From contig CALSPG010000001.1 of NCBI GenBank assembly GCA_943788175.1, forward strand, positions 1 through 64,000: a stretch of 64,000 nt of DNA, written 5' to 3'. Source of the stretch: an uncultured bacterium (lineage in GTDB: Bacteria; Fidelibacterota; Marinisomatia; Marinisomatales; UBA1611). Shown one piece after another: positions 61,373 through 64,000 of the stretch. Under the pieces are notes generated by a model. The model saw only the letters and a list, made by a program, of their open reading frames with translations. It made no database searches and had not been told where the DNA came from. Made by a program: the position numbers and the translations under genes. Numbering within the stretch: position 1 is the stretch's first letter; each line of letters begins with the position of its first letter.

Positions 61373-61409
61373 AGAACAGGGAACCATATTTGGTTCCCTG
61401 TTTTTTTTT
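61373..61409 (+). terminator. Intrinsic terminator
   Basis: AACAGGGAACCA-TATT-TGGTTCCCTGTT followed by a T-run. Confidence 0.9.
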
Positions 61410-61427
61410 GTATAGTTTCTCCTCCAA

Positions 61428-62843
61428 ATGTTTAAACGTAATAATAGTTTATTAATCTTTTTATTTTTGATTTGTTTACTCTCAAGAGCTTTAACTAGTA
61501 TTTATTATATTGAAGATATTGATAGTCTAAGGTTTGCTCTCAGTATTAAAGATTACGACATAACAAAACTACAGCCTCATTTTCCAGGCTATATTATTTT
61601 CTGCTTTTTAATTAAAACTCTTTATCTATTTGTCGGTAATATGGGTTTATCCTTCTCAATAGTAGGCGGTTGTTCCATTTTTTTTATTATATACTACTTA
61701 CTAAGAATATTCAACACTAGTCTTAAGTCTTATGAAGGCAGGTATATAGCTTTTATTATATTTCTCAATCCTCTTTTTTGGCTAATGAGTAATAGATATA
61801 TGCCTGATTTAATGGGCTTAGCGATTTCAGTGAGTGCTATTTACTATCTAATTTATGCAAAAATTCAAGGGAGCCACCTTGAAAAAGGATTTTTTATCTC
61901 GGGTCTACTTGCTGGCGTGAGGCTATCATATTTACCATTAATAATTTTTCCTTTGATGAAAATATTTGTTTTAAGCAACCGTAAACAAAGTTTAACTAAA
62001 TCGTTTTTAATTGGTGTCTTTATTTGGCTTGTACCAATGGTTTTATTGACTGGTTCAAGTGACTTAATCATGATGGCTAAAAAGCAAACCTCTGGCCATT
62101 TTATGGACTTCGGTGGTACTATACTCACAGAACAAGGACTCTTTGATCGCTTTATACTGCTTATTAAATCTGTATGGGCTGATGGTTTTGGGGGTTATTG
62201 GTCTTCTAGGGGTGTGACTTCTATTTTTCTATCGACTATTCTTTTGATTCAATTTATAATTAGTTTGAAAGATGTTTCAAAAAAATGGATGTCTGAAAAT
62301 AAAATAAAGCCAATAATTATATGTATGGGTATCTATTTCGTATGGATATTATTATTTCAGAACGTTGTTTACAAAAGTAGGCATGTACTCCCAATAATAC
62401 TTTTTGTATGTATTTTGCTTATTGAGGGACAGGAAAAATACAGGGGCAAACTATTTTCTGGAATTGTTTATACATATTTTGCCATATTATTATTTCATAA
62501 CGCTAATTTAATTAATCAACATGTAAACTTTACTGCTGTTAAAAAATTGAAAGATTATATATCTGCCGACAATGGTTTTGATACGATAATTAGTATTCCT
62601 TTAATGAATTTTTACTTTAAGAGCCACCAAATAAAAGCTGATTTTATAAATGTAGAAAATGATGAGGACATTAAAAAAGTCCTATTTGATAGTTCGGGCA
62701 GGAAAAAAGTCTTAATGGTTGGTGACTATAGACACCTTTTTAATGATAAAAATTCAAGTTTTAATAGAGATACTGTCTTTTACCATAATCCATATATGAA
62801 CCAAATGTGGTCAAAAATAACAACATTTAAGATGATAAAATAA
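61428..62843 (+). CDS. Polytopic membrane protein, GT-C-like
   Basis: EDIDSLRFA, QPHFPGY and GVR; many TM segments. Confidence 0.6.
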   Translation: MFKRNNSLLIFLFLICLLSRALTSIYYIEDIDSLRFALSIKDYDITKLQPHFPGYIIFCFLIKTLYLFVGNMGLSFSIVGGCSIFFIIYYLLRIFNTSLKSYEGRYIAFIIFLNPLFWLMSNRYMPDLMGLAISVSAIYYLIYAKIQGSHLEKGFFISGLLAGVRLSYLPLIIFPLMKIFVLSNRKQSLTKSFLIGVFIWLVPMVLLTGSSDLIMMAKKQTSGHFMDFGGTILTEQGLFDRFILLIKSVWADGFGGYWSSRGVTSIFLSTILLIQFIISLKDVSKKWMSENKIKPIIICMGIYFVWILLFQNVVYKSRHVLPIILFVCILLIEGQEKYRGKLFSGIVYTYFAILLFHNANLINQHVNFTAVKKLKDYISADNGFDTIISIPLMNFYFKSHQIKADFINVENDEDIKKVLFDSSGRKKVLMVGDYRHLFNDKNSSFNRDTVFYHNPYMNQMWSKITTFKMIK

Positions 62844-62851
62844 TTTTCCAA

Positions 62852-64000
62852 ATGAAAAATCAAAATAATATAGATATTGTTGGTGGTGGCCCGGCCGGAT
62901 TAAGTGTCGGCTATTTTGCAAAGAAAGTAGGTATCCAAGCAAAGATCCACGAAGCATCAAGCACAATTGGTGGTAACTGTAAAACAATAATTGACGGAGA
63001 ATTTAAGTATGACACAGGCGCGCATAGGCTGCATGATAAGAGTGAGTATGTTACTAGTGAGATAAAACTATTGCTTGGAAATAAATTAAAGCGTGTAACA
63101 TCGCCTAGTAAAATTTATTATAGAGGTAAGTTCTTTAATTTTCCAATATCAATATCAGATTTAGTATATAATCTAGATTTGAGTTCATTAGTTAAAATAA
63201 TATATGAAAATATTCTAACTAGATTAAGAAAAAGACCTCTTCCAGAATCCTTTAAACAACTTGCTTATCAGAGTTATGGTAAAACTATTTCAAAAATGTT
63301 TTTAATATCATATACTGAAAAATTGTGGGGAGAGGACGCTGATAACCTTGATCCAACAATATCAGGCGGTAGACTAAAGGTTCTAAATCTAAGGTCACTA
63401 ATTAAGGATTTATTTTTGATAAAAAAAACTAATTCTGATCATCTAGAGGGTGCCTTTTATTATCCTGAGCAGGGTTTTGGCGAAATATTCAAATCTTTAG
63501 GAGCTAAAATTGGCCCAGAAAATATTTTTTTAAATAAAAAAGTTTGTAACGTATATCATGATAATAATAAGATTTTATCGATTACCGATAACAACGGTGA
63601 AAATAATTTTATAAGTAATTTAGTCTACACTGCTCCAATTGATGAGCTAGTAAGGTCTTTAATTCCTGCTCCTCCAAAACATGTTTTAGATAAACTAAAA
63701 TTCATAAAATACCGAGAATTGATGATCTGTGTTTTATACTTAGACCTAAAATCATTTTCGCGAAATGCTTCAATATATTTTCCAGATTTAGAATGCCCCT
63801 TTACAAGAATTTACGAGCCAAAAAACAGGAGTGCTAAAATGTCTCCTATTGAAAAAACATGTATTGTTATTGAGGTCCCAATGGGAGAAAGAAATGTAAA
63901 AATTGATTCAACAAAAGAAGTGGTTTATCATAAAATTCTTAGTTATTTAGAAAATAAAAACTTAGTAAAATCTGAAAAGATTATTGATTATAAACTTGTT
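62852..64000 (+). CDS. FAD-dependent oxidoreductase (protoporphyrinogen-oxidase/UGM-like family), 3' truncated by window
   Basis: IVGGGPAGLS, E...IGG, DTGAH, YTEKLWG, FYYPEQGFG and RIYEPKN. Confidence 0.85.
   Translation, partial: MKNQNNIDIVGGGPAGLSVGYFAKKVGIQAKIHEASSTIGGNCKTIIDGEFKYDTGAHRLHDKSEYVTSEIKLLLGNKLKRVTSPSKIYYRGKFFNFPISISDLVYNLDLSSLVKIIYENILTRLRKRPLPESFKQLAYQSYGKTISKMFLISYTEKLWGEDADNLDPTISGGRLKVLNLRSLIKDLFLIKKTNSDHLEGAFYYPEQGFGEIFKSLGAKIGPENIFLNKKVCNVYHDNNKILSITDNNGENNFISNLVYTAPIDELVRSLIPAPPKHVLDKLKFIKYRELMICVLYLDLKSFSRNASIYFPDLECPFTRIYEPKNRSAKMSPIEKTCIVIEVPMGERNVKIDSTKEVVYHKILSYLENKNLVKSEKIIDYKLV

Overview
AT-rich (roughly 30% GC by eye) bacterial chromosome segment, most consistent with a marine FCB-group organism such as Marinisomatota/SAR406. 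This is an inference from the blue proteorhodopsin, PorZ-like and 'YPNPFNP' C-terminal-domain proteins, and Bacteroidota-type IlvC. From left to right it holds: the end of a surface-polysaccharide cluster with a D-glucuronyl C5-epimerase; a frameshift-riddled zone at 4.7-9.6 kb; fbaA; an ilvDBNC operon with a candidate Ile-rich attenuator; a gap-like(Cys->Ser)/gap/pyk operon; glmS; a ~5.2 kb island; an oligosaccharide ABC transporter; arfB, alkB, a GH5 glucanase, proteorhodopsin and kynU; and an iron-uptake locus (FTR1, TonB receptor, DUF4856-like lipoprotein). The most unusual part is the island after glmS (27146-~32416). It contains three further synonymous copies of the glmS terminal codons (ACN GTN GAR TAR = Thr-Val-Glu-stop) plus an inverted near-copy. 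Start-less recombinase-HTH-like ORFs sit in a fixed -1 register to three of these stops. It also has a 19-bp inverted repeat and a 33-bp direct repeat that brackets an LRR lipoprotein gene. GpC dinucleotides are almost absent outside one esterase gene, so the island proteins are essentially alanine-free. No recombinase gene, rRNA, tRNA or CRISPR array was recognised.
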